Part shown: positions 37,201-52,442 of the stretch, one piece after another
How positions within the stretch are numbered: position 1 is the stretch's first letter
Layout of the letters: the number at the start of each line of letters is the position of its first letter
Source: Podarcis liolepis
Taxonomy: Eukaryota
Strand: one strand, 5' to 3'
DNA: 64,000 bases
Assembly (NCBI GenBank): GCA_965112155.1
Contig: OZ218101.1
Made by a program: the position numbers and the translations under genes
Notes under the pieces: generated by a model
What the model saw: the letters and a program-made list of their open reading frames with translations, nothing else
The model's database searches: none
Told to the model about the DNA's origin: nothing

Positions 37201-38994
37201 TAGTTAAATGTAACTATTGTATTCAGAAGGAATACATATCTTAACTACAAGACTAGAGACAAAGCAAAAGGGGGACGGAATTCTCTCAAAGCAAGTCTTA
37301 CCCAATGAGTCCATCTTTATGGATTTGCATGGGGAAGCTCAGCATCAAACCCATTTTTGTATAGTAAGCATTTCATATAAAGAGTGTTGCTTGCTGTGGA
37401 GAGAGTAGACTGAGGGTCTGTACTGCATACAAATACTGGTTAAATTTTGGCAGCTAAAGTAACCCAATACAGCAATTTTACTACAGAAAAATGGTGACCA
37501 CCATTTGCAGAAACATTACATCATTTACTTCATGGGATGCCGGGGCCAATGGTGTGGGCTGTTCCTCATCACGTGACGGCAGGCAGTTTGCTTCTGGGAC
37601 CACCACCAGAATCTCCCCCCTTTCAACTTCTCTCCTTTTGATATATGTTCTGATATGTTTGACTTAGGGATGAATAGATCAGTCTATTTCTGGTTCGTAT
37701 CAGTTTTGTCTGTGTTCGTTCATATGTATTGCATCCAATTTCTGTAACTTCTGGGGTTTGGGGGTTTTTTTAGCCACATGAAAATGCATGTTATTTTACA
37801 CTTTTATTTATTTTACACATTTCTGTATCCATGTTATCATAAAATACACATTTTTATACACATTTTTGGTATATATCTTGAAGTGCATCACAGTTTGGTT
37901 AGAATGTCAGAGAGCATAGGACTAGGAAGACTCATGCTCAAATCCCCCTTCAGCCACGGAATGACTTTGGGCCTCTGAGCATCTCCCAGCCTAAACTCCC
38001 AGGGTTGTTGTGAGCATAAAAAGGGGAGCGTAAAAAGAGGGGTGGGGAACCATGCAAGCCATTGTGAGCTCATTTGCAGAAGGGTGCAATAAAATGCAAT
38101 CATGGGTGAGTGTGATTGAAGAAAGGACTATAATTCTTCATTCCTCCTCCACCAATTAAACTTTAGCATTTAGCTGGTTGTATATGATTATCATCCATGC
38201 ACAAAAGTGTATAAACGACCTAGCAGTTTCTGGAGAACTGCAGAAGACTGTATCTAGCTGCATGGTGGAGTCCATTGAAGCACCAGACATCAGGGTGCTG
38301 AGTAATCAGTAGGACATGTAATCTCATTGCATTTAGAAACATTAGCTCATTGATTCAGGAAGCAAAGGAGCATAACAGCTACAATGAGCCCTGAGAGGTT
38401 GTAGTGTCTTGCGTAGGGTTAAAGAAGGAGCAGACCTTTACTGGAACACTGCCAAGGTGACTTGGTTTGACTGCCAGTGCCGCAATGTATTAAAGCTGGT
38501 GCAGGTGGCTACTATGTGTGAACAACTGTATATGCAGTTCTGCTCACATAAACTGTGTCATTTCAGAGGGAGTACTCTGAAAAATTGCACTGATACTTTG
38601 GTGAAAAGTGTTTTTCCAAAGAAGTCTGCTCTCAGAAATACTCACTGTAGAGTTCTGGCAAAATAGGTCCTCTGACATGGCACATGTGAACTGACAACTT
38701 GGGCCATTCCAAGGTCACTCACTGACAGGAGTGCCAACTATGTCCTTGTAATTTTTGTAGAATGATTCAAATTGAATTGAAATTAAAAGTTATGAAAAAA
38801 TTAAAGCAATAGGTCTGCAAGCGAGGCAGACTAAAATACTGTGGTAAGGAACTCTTCTAGCTTTCTTTCCAAGTTTGATATATAGCTGTGTTTTTTTCTA
38901 AACGTATCAAGTGCCCATCATTGTGGGGAACGTCTTATATTTATTTTCATATTTTAGGTCGTCTAACCTCCCACAGTCTGATATTATTAAGGTA

Positions 38995-39340
38995 ATTAAT
39001 TAAATCTGTATATTGCCCTATATCCGTATATCTTAGAGCAGTTCAAAACATAAAATCACAATATAAAAGCCACAAAACAGATAAGAAAAATAAGAACAAA
39101 AATGTATTAAAAGGCATTGGATTTCAATTAGCTTAGGGCCTGGGAGAAGAGGAACATTTTTGCCTGGTGCCTAAAGGTGTATAATGAAGGCCCAGCCAAA
39201 CCTCCACAATGGGGAGCCACTGCAGGAGAGGTCCATTCTTGTGTTGCCACCATCCAGACCTCTCATGGAGGAGGTGCACAAAGAAGGGCCTCAGAGGATG
39301 ATCTTGGGGTCCAGGTAGAAGAGGTGGTCCTTGAGGTATA
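38995..39340 (-). mobile_element. L2-like LINE 3' fragment
   Basis: Reverse-strand tail (TTAATTAAATCTGTATATTGCCC..) and body TTTTTGCCTGGTGCCTAAAG...GGTCCTTGAGGTAT; related short piece at about 29545-29670. Confidence 0.55.
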
Positions 39341-42300
39341 GTTTCTACAAAGCACATACCTTGGCTTAGCATTGTGTTCCTTTTTTTGAAATTTTGTTCT
39401 GATAAAGTAAGAGGTATATAATGAGACTAGATTGGAGGCAGCAGTTATACATTTCCCTGTGATCCAAACCCATTCAGTAATTTGAATCTATGACTTAGTG
39501 GTAATAAAGCTACTCATTTCAATCAAGCAGCTGTTTTTTATTTTGAATTGACAAGGTGACATGTAGTAAACTCTTAGCTTGGAAAACTTCCCTCTCCATA
39601 GTTATAAATATATCATGCTATTGTGCTTGGCAAGCTGCAAGTAAATGGAGGTAAGATCTCATTAAGGGAGCAAACTGTGGAGTAGGGAGAGGACAGTGTG
39701 AAGCTAAGGGTGATAACAGTGGCCTTGTCCAGAATAGGCCATGGGAGTTTTCTTATCTAACTTAAGCAGGAGGTGCTGGGAGCTTCCTGTGCGAAATTAG
39801 GAGCATACACTGCTTTCCTCTTGTTGTTTGGCTTCCTCCTGAATATAAGACGGTTCCCAGCACAGTGATTATCTTTGCATCTTCAAACATGGCACAATCT
39901 ACTTCCTTAAGAGTATGATGTATCCTTTAGAGTCTTGCCGTCTTTCTCCCCCCATCCTCCCTCTGTCCTCCAGTTCTTCTCAATAGCTCATCTATGTCCT
40001 AAGCACTTTTAAGGTTCAGTAACATATGGAATACATATACAGATATGTAACACCAACACACAGTAAATGTGTACATCATATATTGGATCCTTCTTTGGAA
40101 ATGTCCAAAACTACTACACAGCAAGTGCCTTGGGGGGGGAATCAGAGTGTCAGATTAACAGCTCTGACCGTTCCTTCCCCTTTCTTGAAATATCTGTGGA
40201 AATCTAAATTGGGATTAATGACTAATGGTTTCCCAAAGTGATAGCTTGTTTCTCTAATTTTGGCCATCAGATCCCTAAGCATGTGCACAAAAGGTGCAAG
40301 TTTGCGTGCATAGCAAAGTAAGAGCGAGATTTGTGATTCACATTTTTAACTAAACTCTGTGAACTAATATGCATATGTTGTGTCCACTGTGTCCACAGTA
40401 CACAATTTCCAGGTTGTGTAGGGTAATAATATGACCAATTATTGCTATTGACATGGATTTTTAAATAATCCTCAAATGTTTTTGAATATTCACCATTTGT
40501 TGCACGGCTCTTTTTTATTGGATACTTTCCAGCTACAAGTCATCCCTGTGAGCTAATAAGTACTTCTGAATAGCAAACAGGATGACCCATTTATCATACA
40601 TGGATAATTAATTGCCATGATTGACAATGTTAAGTATCACAATGCACAATGAATGCATTTTTGCAATATTTCCAGGTGATTCATAGTGAAACCAGAACAA
40701 GTCATGATGGATTTTATACATTCACAGAAATCTATCATCTCCCACATAAGTGCGCTTGACACAAATACTTGCATTCTGCCACAAATCACCACATATTAAA
40801 AATCAAGGGACTTTGCACCTCCAACCAGTTCTGCAAGGTCAGAACAACAACCTCAGAAGCCTGAATTGGAAATAACAATATTAAAATTTGAAGACGTGAA
40901 TATGAAAGCTGGTGCAGTGCAGTGGCAAGGCTACTGAGCTATGAACAAGAAAGACATTGGTTCAAATATTTCCTTAGCTGTAATCGGAGCCGGCTAACCC
41001 ATGAGGCAAGGTGAGGTGACTGCCTTGGGTAGCAGGATCCACCGGGGCAGCAGATCCGTCCTCCAAGGAATGCCTCACCCGCTGATGCCACCACTGCCAC
41101 ATACTCCTTGGAAGCTAGATCTGCCACTTCCTTGGCTTTAGCCACCCTGCCAATGCCACCTCAAGAGCGGCCTCTTGGCAAATAGGAGGCACTGTTTGCC
41201 TCCTCCCACCCCTAGGGAGGAAATGGTAGGGGCTGCCATCTAGGGTCTCCTAGGGTCTGTACTTGTCCACTGTGATTCAGAGCAAACCCACCCACCCCCG
41301 CATACCCTTTGATTCCCACTTCAATTGTGCTGCAACTATGGTATGGGGATTGCCCCATTTTTTGCCCTGGGGTAAAGCCTCTAGAGGGGTGCCATTAAGG
41401 TCCCAGCCTCTGCGTGTATGTACACAAATGTGCGTGGGGGGTTACTAAACTGGGTCTTCAACCCGGGGGAAATAAAGCCTTGTTTCACCCGTGGGTGTGA
41501 TTGATTTGATTCCCCCACCCCCACTCATTCCCAGGTTAGAGCTTCACTCACCCATTTGTCCCCGATGTAGATTTTTATTCTCCCCCTTTGTTCCTGATGC
41601 AGATCGTCATTCTCCCCTTTTTTCTTGGTCACGGGGTGGCACCATTTTGTGGTTTGCCTGAAGTGCCAAAATGTCTATGATCTCCATAAGTAGGTTTAGG
41701 GAATTCACACACCCACACCCTTTTTGCAATGATTTGACAGGGAGTGCAGACCTTGTTTGCCTTATGATGTGACAACTTTAGCTTGACTCTCAGCTGTGAG
41801 AGGATTGGGATGTGAGGAATCTCCCAGTGTTCTTTTCTGACCCTAACTCTTTCTCTGTGTGCCAGCAGAACGTTCTGGGGCGGATCCTACTTGGACAGAG
41901 CCTGGCTAGTGTATGAATAACTGACTGTAGACCTATAAGATCCATGTTCTCTGTCCACACTGTCATCATATATCTTACTGTTTTAAGACCTGCCAGTCAA
42001 AGTGCAGTTTAAAGATAAAGAACTATAAGAAGGGAGAGTGGGGCCTTGAAGCTGCCTATTAGTTATTAGTACCTGGACAACAGACTGAACAGATACACAG
42101 ATTACCTTGGCACAGTTTTCCTCACTGGTGAGATGGATTGCATTTTTATTTAAATTACAATAATTACTTCTGTGATACATACTGTACATACAACCTTGTA
42201 TCAAATTGGTGTCCTCTTTTGACCATTTTGGGTGTGATGCATTTCCACATTCTTTGTAATTTATAAATGGCCACCCTAGATCACATCTCCTACACACTTG

Positions 42301-45300
42301 AGCTCCCTTGAAGATGAGGTGTTTCTGTCCCTGCCATGCTCTCCCACTTGGCTATTATCTCCTGGTTAATCACAACTTCCAACAGCTTTCAGTTCCATTT
42401 CTAATATATCAAGGACCACAGATTGTCATTAAAGCATGTCTTGACCTTTTTTGAACCCAGCAATGTGATGGGAAAGGAAAACTTGCCCACCTTGCAAAAA
42501 AATAAAAACATTTATTAAAAAACAAAATTCCTATTATGTCAAATCTTTATTTTGTTCTTAAGTGTAAGGTATATTAATATTACTGAGTTTCCATTGTCTT
42601 CTTATGTTATGCATTACAGTAAGCAGCCTCCTTGTTGTCGTTGTCACCTATTTTTGTTACCATTCATTGTATGTTATCCATTTCTACTCCCCACAACCAG
42701 AATTTTAAAAGGGGCAGAAACGTCAGCCTTGGGCAGATCAAACCCTCTGGGTAACTGAAAGTAGCTGTTTGGATCCAGCTTCTATTTTTAGTATTTTTAA
42801 TTAGTATTTTGTATTTTGATATAGATGATTAGATTTGTTTTACGGGATTTTATGGGATTTCTTGTGGATAAGGAATAAATGGGCAATTTTTAAAAAACAA
42901 CCCATAATTTGTAAACTATGCACTCAGTGTGTAGAATTATTATAGATTTGTACAGTGATAGTAACATGTTCAACTCTCTCCTGATGAAATTAAAGGCGCT
43001 TAAAGCAGCTTAATTTTGGTCCTACATTATCTGTTTGCCTTCTGTTTGGTTCAAACCATTGCACTTAAGCTTTTCACTGTTTGTTTTTAATTGATTGGAT
43101 GTGTTTTTATCAGAAGTGTATTGTAATCAATGGTGAAGTTCTGCATTGAGTGGATACTATTTAGAAAGTACATCCATTCATGCACAACTGTTCTGGGAAC
43201 TTTCCCCAGTTACATCAGCACCTCTTCTTTGATAGCAACATACTCTGAATTTTCTAATGCATTAAAGATGTTCTTTGAGGCATTTTAGCTAATTTGAACA
43301 TATGAAGGTGTCTTATATCTGAGTCAGACCTTTGGCCCATTTAAGTTAGTACAGTCTCCTGGGTATACTTTCCTCAGATAGATAATTACTGCAATTGACA
43401 TGGAGATCTAATGTTTGCAAAGTGTGTGCTCTTCCTCTGTTTAGTGATCATTGTGAATTAATTAGTTCAAGCCACAGTTTTCAGTAACTGAACTGATGTA
43501 ATTCTTTGTGAAACAAGCTTTTAAAAACAATTTGTGCTCTTTTATGTATCACAAACTGACCCTGGATCAGTCTAACGCAGGGAAATCTGTAGATTATCTT
43601 GTGGCTTATAAATGCAATGAATGACTGTAATAATGAGATTGTTACCAAATGCAGGTGGACATTATTTCAAACTGGACATGCTTTCAGTAGTTTTAGTGCA
43701 GTGATGGGGAACTTGTGGCCCCCCCCAACTGTTGTTGAACTCCAAGTCTCATTAGCTCCAGTCAAGATGTCAGGAATCATGGAAGTTGTTGGTTAGCAAC
43801 ATCTGGAGAGCCACAAGTTCCTCATATATTGTTTTAGTGGAAAACACTGAAATAAAGAAATAAGGGAAATTGTACCATTTTCATAGAATCTTGGAGAAGT
43901 GGGAAAAGAAATGCCATTTTTAAAAAATAAAATACAGGCAACAATTGATTTGCTTGCACCCAATTGATGTGCGATCGTGCATGTGCACACAGTGCCAAAC
44001 CCAGAAGTGACCCTAAAACATCACTAAAACATCAGGATAGAATGGGGGCGGGCAAAACGGGGGTGGGCCAAGGTGGAATACTTTATGTGGGCCATGCCAA
44101 CATGCGCAGGGATACGGAACGTAACCCCTGTGCAAAACAAAGGATTGCCTGTACAATCCTTTTATATTCGCTTTAGAGGTAATAGCCTTCTCAAGATGAT
44201 TTACAAAATAAAAGCATGTAACTGTAATATACAGTGAACTAAAACAGCATTAAAATAACAGCATCAAAAAAAAAAGGCATCAAAATGACTATTTTATATA
44301 ATAGTAACTGAAATTAGGGCTGTGCACTGGATCTGGCCAAATTCCAGATCCTGAACCAAATCAGGCCTATTTGGGTTGACTTGTGATTTGAACTGAGTTA
44401 AAGCAGCCTCAGTTCACCCTGGGTCAGATCAAGTCCACCTGGAGCTATCTGGCCTGCCGAAATTGGATGGTCTGGTAGTGAGGAGAGAGAAGCAGAAGGC
44501 CTCCCCCCCCTCACCTGACCCCCCAACCAGAAGTTTAATCAGGGTTTTAAAACCTGATTAAACATGGGGGCAGTTGAAGAATTAGGGTTTTTAAATAATT
44601 AAACAAATTTCTTTAGGGGGAAAAGGTAGAATGTCATTTTTAAAAGTTATTTAGGAGGTTTTGCTAAGAGTTCAGCAGTTCAAGAGCACATTTGGTCAAG
44701 TAGTGCTACTGTAGTAACCTTGTTCACTTGTTTTGCTGGGTTCTATGTCAAGTTCCCTGCTACCCAAATGGATGTTGCATATAATGGTTATGATACATGT
44801 TACATGAAACGATCAAGTGTTGTTTTCGTTCAGTGACATAAAGGACTGAGGAAGTTAATGCCTTAGGAAAGGATTGGTACTTCTTTGATCAATGCTAGTT
44901 ATTTGATCACAAACTTGTGGTTTTAAATCCTACTTTTCTGAAGGCAATGATTTACATATGAAAGTAACTTACTAATGCAGGAATTTGATTCATTTGTTTT
45001 GAAGAAGCTTGCACCCAGGTCTTGAGAAGTAAAACATTTGATCCAAAGTCAAAGCTGTTCCATTCAAAGCGGAACTGTGAACACCTAGCTTTAAACAAAA
45101 CAAGAGTCTCTCTCCAAAAGAATGTAAAGAGATGAACGCAATGTAACAAGCATTCCAATAGACTTATTACCATATGCATCAAATTAGGTTTAAGACAATA
45201 AATTAGTTCCATAAAGGGTGATTAAGAGCCAGGACATTATGTAACATAACCAGCATTCCCGCCCACTCTTGAAATTTCATAATCAACAATACGTTGTGGC

Positions 45301-45859
45301 ATTCTCCTTCCGCTCTACAAGATTGAAGACATTTAAAATGTTTTGACATAAATTTCCATATTTTCACAATTTGTGAGGATTTATTCCAAACTTAGTATGT
45401 ATAAAAAAATAGAAGACTTTGGCCATCTTCAGATGCTTGCAGCCAGTGTTTAGCAGACAAGAATGATGACAGGCATAGCTCATGTGCTTATTCCCACAGG
45501 CCCCCTCATATGTTTACTTAAGACTGGGGATGCAGGTGGTACTGTGATCTAAACCACTGAGCCTCTTGGGCTCGCCGATCAGAAGTTTGGCAGCTCAAAT
45601 CCACTCGATGGGGTGAGCTCCTGTTGCTCTGTCCCAGCTTCTGCCAACCTAGCAGTTTGAAAGCATGCCAGTGTGAGTAGATAAATAGGTACCACTGTGG
45701 AGGGAAGGTAAACGGCATTTCCATGTACTCTGATTTCTGTCATGGTGTTCCATTGTGCCAGAAGCGGTTTAGTCATGCTGGCCACATGACCCAGAAAGCT
45801 GTCTGTGGACAAATGCTGGCTCCCTCGGCCTGAAAGCGAGATGAGCACCGCACCCTATA

Positions 45860-46085
45860 TAGTGGTACCTTGGTTTACATACGCTTCAGGTTACAGACTC
45901 CACTATTCCAGAAATAGTACCTTGGGTTAAGAACTTTGATTCAGGGCGAGAACAGAAATCATGCTCTGGCGGCGCAGCAGCAGCGGGAGGCCCCATTAGC
46001 TAAAGTGGTGCTTCAGATTAAGAACAGTTTCAGGTTAAGAACGGACCTCTGGAACAAATTAAGTACTTAACCCAAGGTACCACTG
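45860..46085. mobile_element. Tigger-like MITE (same family as 3260-3474) inserted in the Sauria SINE
   Basis: TIRs TAGTGGTACCTTGGTTTA / TAACCCAAGGTACCACTG, TA flanks, high similarity to the intron-1 copy. Confidence 0.9.
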
Positions 46086-46132
46086 TAGTCGCCTTTGACT
46101 GGACTTAACCATCCAGGGGTCCTTTACCTTTT

Positions 46133-46318
46133 TGTTGTTATTATTGTTGTTGTTTAGTCGTGTCCGACTCTTAGTGACCCCATGGACCAGAGAATGCCAG
46201 GCACTCCTGTCTTCCACTACCTCCCACAGCTTGGTCAAACTCATGTTCGTAGCTTTGAGAACACTGTCCAACCATCTCCTTTATGTTTGTAGCTTCAAGA
46301 ACACTGTCTAACCATCTC
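46133..46318 (-). mobile_element. RTE-BovB LINE 3' fragment
   Basis: Minus-strand peptide DSVLKATNMSLTKLWEVVEDRSAWHSLVHGVTKSRTRL followed by a (CAA/TAA)n tail, typical of the BovB C-terminus; about 40-nt tandem duplication at its truncated 5' end. Confidence 0.85.
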
Positions 46319-46742
46319 CTTTACTTGAAACTGACTCTGATGAATGCCTGAACAGGGCTATTCTCATGTTGTTATTTAGTTTTTGAAACCAAGGAACTAA
46401 AGAAATAGTAATGTAAGCAAGTTTTTCATGTTAAAAAAAGAGTCTGCTTTGGAAGGGAGAATCTGTCTTAATACTAACAGATGTTTTTATGAGACATAGA
46501 CAGTTATACTGAAAGATCTGGTTGTTAACTCTACACATTTGTCCAGGTCCCAATACAGTCCTGCCAATTTGGATTCTACTCTCACACTTGACCAGAAATC
46601 AAACAGGCCATCTGTAACATGACAGAGTTTAAATAAGGTTTTGGATAGATCTTTAGATTGTAAGCCCCCTTGGAGACAAACTATTAACATTTAGAAAAGC
46701 TGCTGTATGCCACTCTGAGCCTATGCAATAGAATGGGATATA

Positions 46743-48081
<1,339 letters not shown>

Positions 48082-48402
48082 TAAATCAGATAAAGAAATT
48101 AGAGACTTCATATTTTAAACATTTCTTACTTGAGCTTCAAAACCCTTCTCTGGTAAATGAAACCCAACTCTTGTCCATACGTTTCACATGTTAATGACTT
48201 GTACCTGGAAAACTTAATGAGTGGTCAGAGGGAGAAGACTAGGAGGAGGAGGAGGTGTCAGAAGCTGAAGAAGTAACAGGGTTTAGTGAGTAGGAAGAGT
48301 CTGTGGCAGAGAGCAGCCCAGAGTTATGCAAAGTTATACAATGTATAGTTATACTAATCAAGTAAAAATCATTTAAATACCATACATTAAGTCCGCAACT
48401 TA

Positions 48403-48571
48403 CCGTATTTTTTGCACCATAACACTCACTTTTTTCCTCCTAGAAAGTAAGGGGAAATGTCTGTGCGTGTTATGCAGGGAATGCCTACGGGTGGCATGCC
48501 TACAGATTTTCCTCCTCTAAAAACTATGTGCGTGTTATGGTCGGGTGCGTGTTATAGAGCGAAAAATACGG
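48403..48571. mobile_element. Tc1/mariner (Tc2/pogo-like) MITE
   Basis: TIRs CCGTATTTTT / AAAAATACGG, TA flanks, repeated internal GTGCGTGTTAT motif; retains CpGs. Confidence 0.85.
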
Positions 48572-49274
48572 TACTTACACTATCACAACCTTATGTGTGG
48601 GGTGGGGGTTTATTCATTTTTTCTCCACCCGCAACCCCAGTGGGGTTTTTTTTGCTGACTGGGTTTTGGGAAAGGAGTGAGAGGGCTCTCCCCAAGCCCT
48701 TGTGCCACCTTTTCAAAGCCCAGTAATCATGGTGGTGCCTTCCTTACAAGCCTTTGGGAAGGAGATGTGAGAGCTCTGGGAAGGTCACAAGAGGGGCCTG
48801 CAAAGCTCTCAGGGCCCTCCTGCAACCTTCCCAGATCCCGGTAAGCAGCCCTCCACATCAAGGGGAGTTGGTTCTGGGGGTTCCTGATTTTGTACAATTT
48901 TGCCTTGACGCACAGACCCTCGGAACTGAACCCTTGTGTAAGTGGCATGCTCACTGTGTAATGTGTGTGTGTGCATACTGCACATGTCTTTAGGCTACAT
49001 AAGGCACATAATGCACATATTACACTGTACCTCAAACGTGCTCAGATTTGTGTGAGGGATAAAATTCAGATTATAGCATAAACCATAAAATTCAAATCTT
49101 GAACTTAAATCTATACTACAGTGTATAACTAAACAATGTTTTAAGAAGTTTAGCTGTGGGTATCTCATAATTAAGCCTGCGCAATGGGCCCCAACTGCAA
49201 CCCATTGTCTGTAATGACTTACCAATTTGATGTCCTACTTCACTCTTACCAAACTCTCATTGCTCTCATCATAG

Positions 49275-49389
49275 GTATGAATTTTGCTCCAATCCAGAGA
49301 GACCTTTCATCTTGAAACCTGGGAGCACTATAGGAAACAGAATCGAAACCATCACACAGAAAACAGCAATAATAGAGGGAAAGAATAAG
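49275..49389 (+). CDS. FLT1: FLT1 exon 11 (Ig domain 5)
   Basis: tcatag|YEFCSNPERPFILKPGSTIGNRIETITQKTAIIEGKNK|gtatgg; 115 nt; follows a 19.3-kb intron 10. Confidence 0.95.
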
Positions 49390-51363
49390 GTATGGTAATT
49401 TTAAAGATAAAGTACTTCAACCTTGGGTATTCGTACCATGAACTGTTTTTAAATGCTGGATGATTAGTTGCTGGAAGTCTCTTCACAGCTGAGAAGAGGT
49501 TTCAGAAATCAAATCCCAGCTTATTTCTGTTGCAGTGTCGTAGTCACATTACAGAAGTACATATTCTGTTCACAATTCTTGTGGATATTGGCCATGCTAT
49601 CCGTGCAAATAGCAGATTGGTCCCATAAGGTAGTGTGCCTTTGGTAACTCAGTAAGGAGCTGTTAATAATTAGCAGCAGAAGCCTCTTTTGATGCTTAAA
49701 TTCTCATTTTGATGCTGTCTGGGACTGGATAGGACAAACATTATGTCTCAAATTGAACAAACTATTACATGATATCAAATCCCACCCATACTGCAAACCT
49801 TACCAAACAACTTTGAATTCCAAGACACACCATTCTGCACCACTTCCCACGTATCTGGTTTTTAAGTTAATTTGCTAATAGTTGCGATGCTACTTTGGTA
49901 GTCACAAAAACTTGGAAAGGGTTCAGATAAGAGTCATGAGGATATCTGAAGATTTGAGAATATTATTTTACAAAAGAGACAGTTGGGGATGGTTTCAACA
50001 CAATCTGAAATTTTATCCAGGGTGAGGCAATTCTGGAAAATACTACAGAGTATTTTCACACAGAAGCACAGTGACAGCCAGCAGAAGACACATGCTCCAG
50101 AAATATCCATGGCAGTGATTTGCATATGGTCCATTTTGTATTCACTTGTGCTTCCTCTTTTGGTGCTTCCTGGTAGTGTATTATATTGTTCTATGTGTCT
50201 AGAGGACAATTAAAAAGAGGAGAAGCATGTTCAAACTTATCTTGACTTAGCTGACTCAAGTGCTTTTTTGAGCAAATGATAGTGTTTTGGGGAAGAATAG
50301 TTACACATCAGGTGAAACAATAAATCAATAGTCTAAAGCAGGGCCAGGGATCTATTGCCAAAGATCTGCATGTGGACTTCTGCTTTTCTTCATGTGGCCT
50401 AATTCCATGTTGGTAGAGAAGCCTAGAGCAGAAGAAAGAGTGTAGAAAGTGGAGAGTGGAAGAGAGAGCTGAAACAGATGGATTCATGGAAGGAAAGGGG
50501 GAGGCAGAAGTCCTCTCCCAAGTCATCCACCCCTGAGAAGAAACTACAGATATCAGGGAACCTAATTCTACATTAAGCTGAAATGACAGAACAGACTTCC
50601 CCCAAATCGGGTGCCAAATCATACATTTGTTGCCAACCCTAGTGGGATTTTCTACTTTTGTTTCAGGTTCATTAGTTCTTAAAACTATATTTGAACATAT
50701 TTCTGATAAAGTTAGCATACTTTTATGTAGAGCAGTAGAGATTCATTCAACTGGCACATCTGAAGATTGGAGGAGGGATGATACAAAGATGGCAGTGACT
50801 AACTGCTTTTTTCTGACATGAGTGATTCTATTGAAACAAAAGAAAAAGCTTTCATAGTTTTGAACTCGCTCTGACATTTAAAATGTTTTGGCAAGGGTAA
50901 TGGTGGGTGGCTTACCAGCCTGAGTGTTACTATGGAAATTTCTCTTTGAACAGAAGTGATTTGGCAAGTTTGGTTCACCTTTGAGACTATTTGTGTCAAG
51001 TTTGACTATTGTTAATGTGGGATAGAAGAGATATCAAATTCACCTTCTAACCAAAGTTTGTTAGACTTTAGTGTTGCAGACGGAGTTAAGCAAAATCCAA
51101 TTTAATCCTAACATGTAAAAACACGGGTCAAATTTCTCTGTGAGTCTATGCAAGAAACAAGTCAGAAGGTGACAATAAAACCTGAATAAATGTCTATGAC
51201 TGCTCAGGTGCTTGGCTTTTCAGTATGTGTCTTATCATATTGGAATGAGACTTGTGTAGGCAAGAGTCTTCTTTGTTTATATCGCAGCAGTGCAGAATGA
51301 TTCCAGCATGCTAGGGTATGTTTTGTCTTTTTGTGCTATAAATTAACATGGCTTCTCCTTTAT

Positions 51364-51523
51364 GGCTGTGTGTGCACACCATACATTGAAAGCACATTAT
51401 TCCCCCCAAATAATCTGTAATTTCTCATCACAGAGCCATAATGCTCAGCACACTTAACAAACTATAGTTCCTAGAATTCTTGTGGGGAAAATAATGTGCT
51501 TTCAGTGTTGTGTGTATGCAGCC
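51364..51523. mobile_element. Palindromic MITE (possibly PIF/Harbinger); related piece at about 62160-62306
   Basis: Imperfect long TIRs GGCTG..CACACCATACATTGAAAGCACATTATT / AATAATGTGCTTTCAGTGTTGTGTGTATGCAGCC. Confidence 0.55.
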
Positions 51524-51819
51524 TAAATGCTGGAAGTGAAATCCCATTGGGATGGGATGTACTGAACTATCAGGCTTATAGCCAATGGTGTAATTGTAAA
51601 TTTTGATATGCAGGAGATCATTGTGACAGTCTCCAAAGCCATGCCCAAAGGAGAATCCAAAAATACAGGCACCTGTGCTGATCCATTTTATGGAAATAAT
51701 ACTCAGTTTATCAGGGTCACCATGACTGCAGTCCTCAGTGGTGCTTACTTCTGACTGTGTAGGTTCAATGGGAAAAACATGATGACCTTTAACAGAAGTT
51801 CTTCAGCCAGCTGAAATGT

Positions 51820-52442
51820 ATTTATTATTCATTTATTTTATCAATTTTTTGAAACAACTTCTAAATGAGTCTCAAGACTATATACGTGAAAACAATTAAA
51901 AATAGCTTTAAAAACAGTGCAAAAAAGACACTTGATTTAAAACAATGCAGTATGAACTCATAATGTGTAGATCATTTCACCCAGCTGGAAAACCTATTGA
52001 AAGAAAAATGTATATTGTTTCCAGAATGGTGAAAACCCGTTGTGCCTTAAGAGGGATGCTGTTCCACAAAATGGGTATAGCCACACTGGAAACCCTTCTC
52101 CAAGTTACTGTGGATCAGGGTTCTGCTATTTTAGGGACTTAGGTGGGTAACCTTCCTACAAACACAGTGACTAACTGGTAAGGGGTAAGGCAGTCTCTCA
52201 AGTAACCTGGCCCTGAGCTGCATCAAGTCTTATATGGACTAGTAGCAGATCAGCCAGTGTAGATCCCCCAGATAAGGTGTTATATGCTGGTAATAGTTTA
52301 TTCTTACAACCATCCTTATTGCCATGTTCTGTATTAGCTGCAGCCTCTGTAGCAACCTCCAGGGTAGCCCCACATAAAGAGCATTACAGTAATCCAGCCT
52401 TGAGGCTGCTAATGCATGGGCAACTGTAGTCAAATTATTCAT
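51820..52442 (-). mobile_element. L2 LINE 3' fragment with ORF2 remnant
   Basis: Minus-strand peptide LTTVAHALAASRLDYCNALYVGLPWRLLQRLQLIQNMAIRMV...HITPYLGDLHWL (SRLDYCN and HITP..L.WL are L2 ORF2 hallmarks). Confidence 0.85.

Larger units (their letters stand above)
45526..46332 (+). mobile_element. Sauria SINE carrying two nested insertions
   Basis: Head GGGGATGCAGGTGG..CTAAACCACTGAGCC, body AGTAGATAAATAGGTACC..GCTGGCCACATGACC, 3' end GTCGCCTTTGACTGGACTTAACC..CCTTTACCTTT; 11/13 direct repeat TTTACTTAAGACT (45513) / TTTACTTGAAACT (46320) brackets the composite. Confidence 0.85.
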
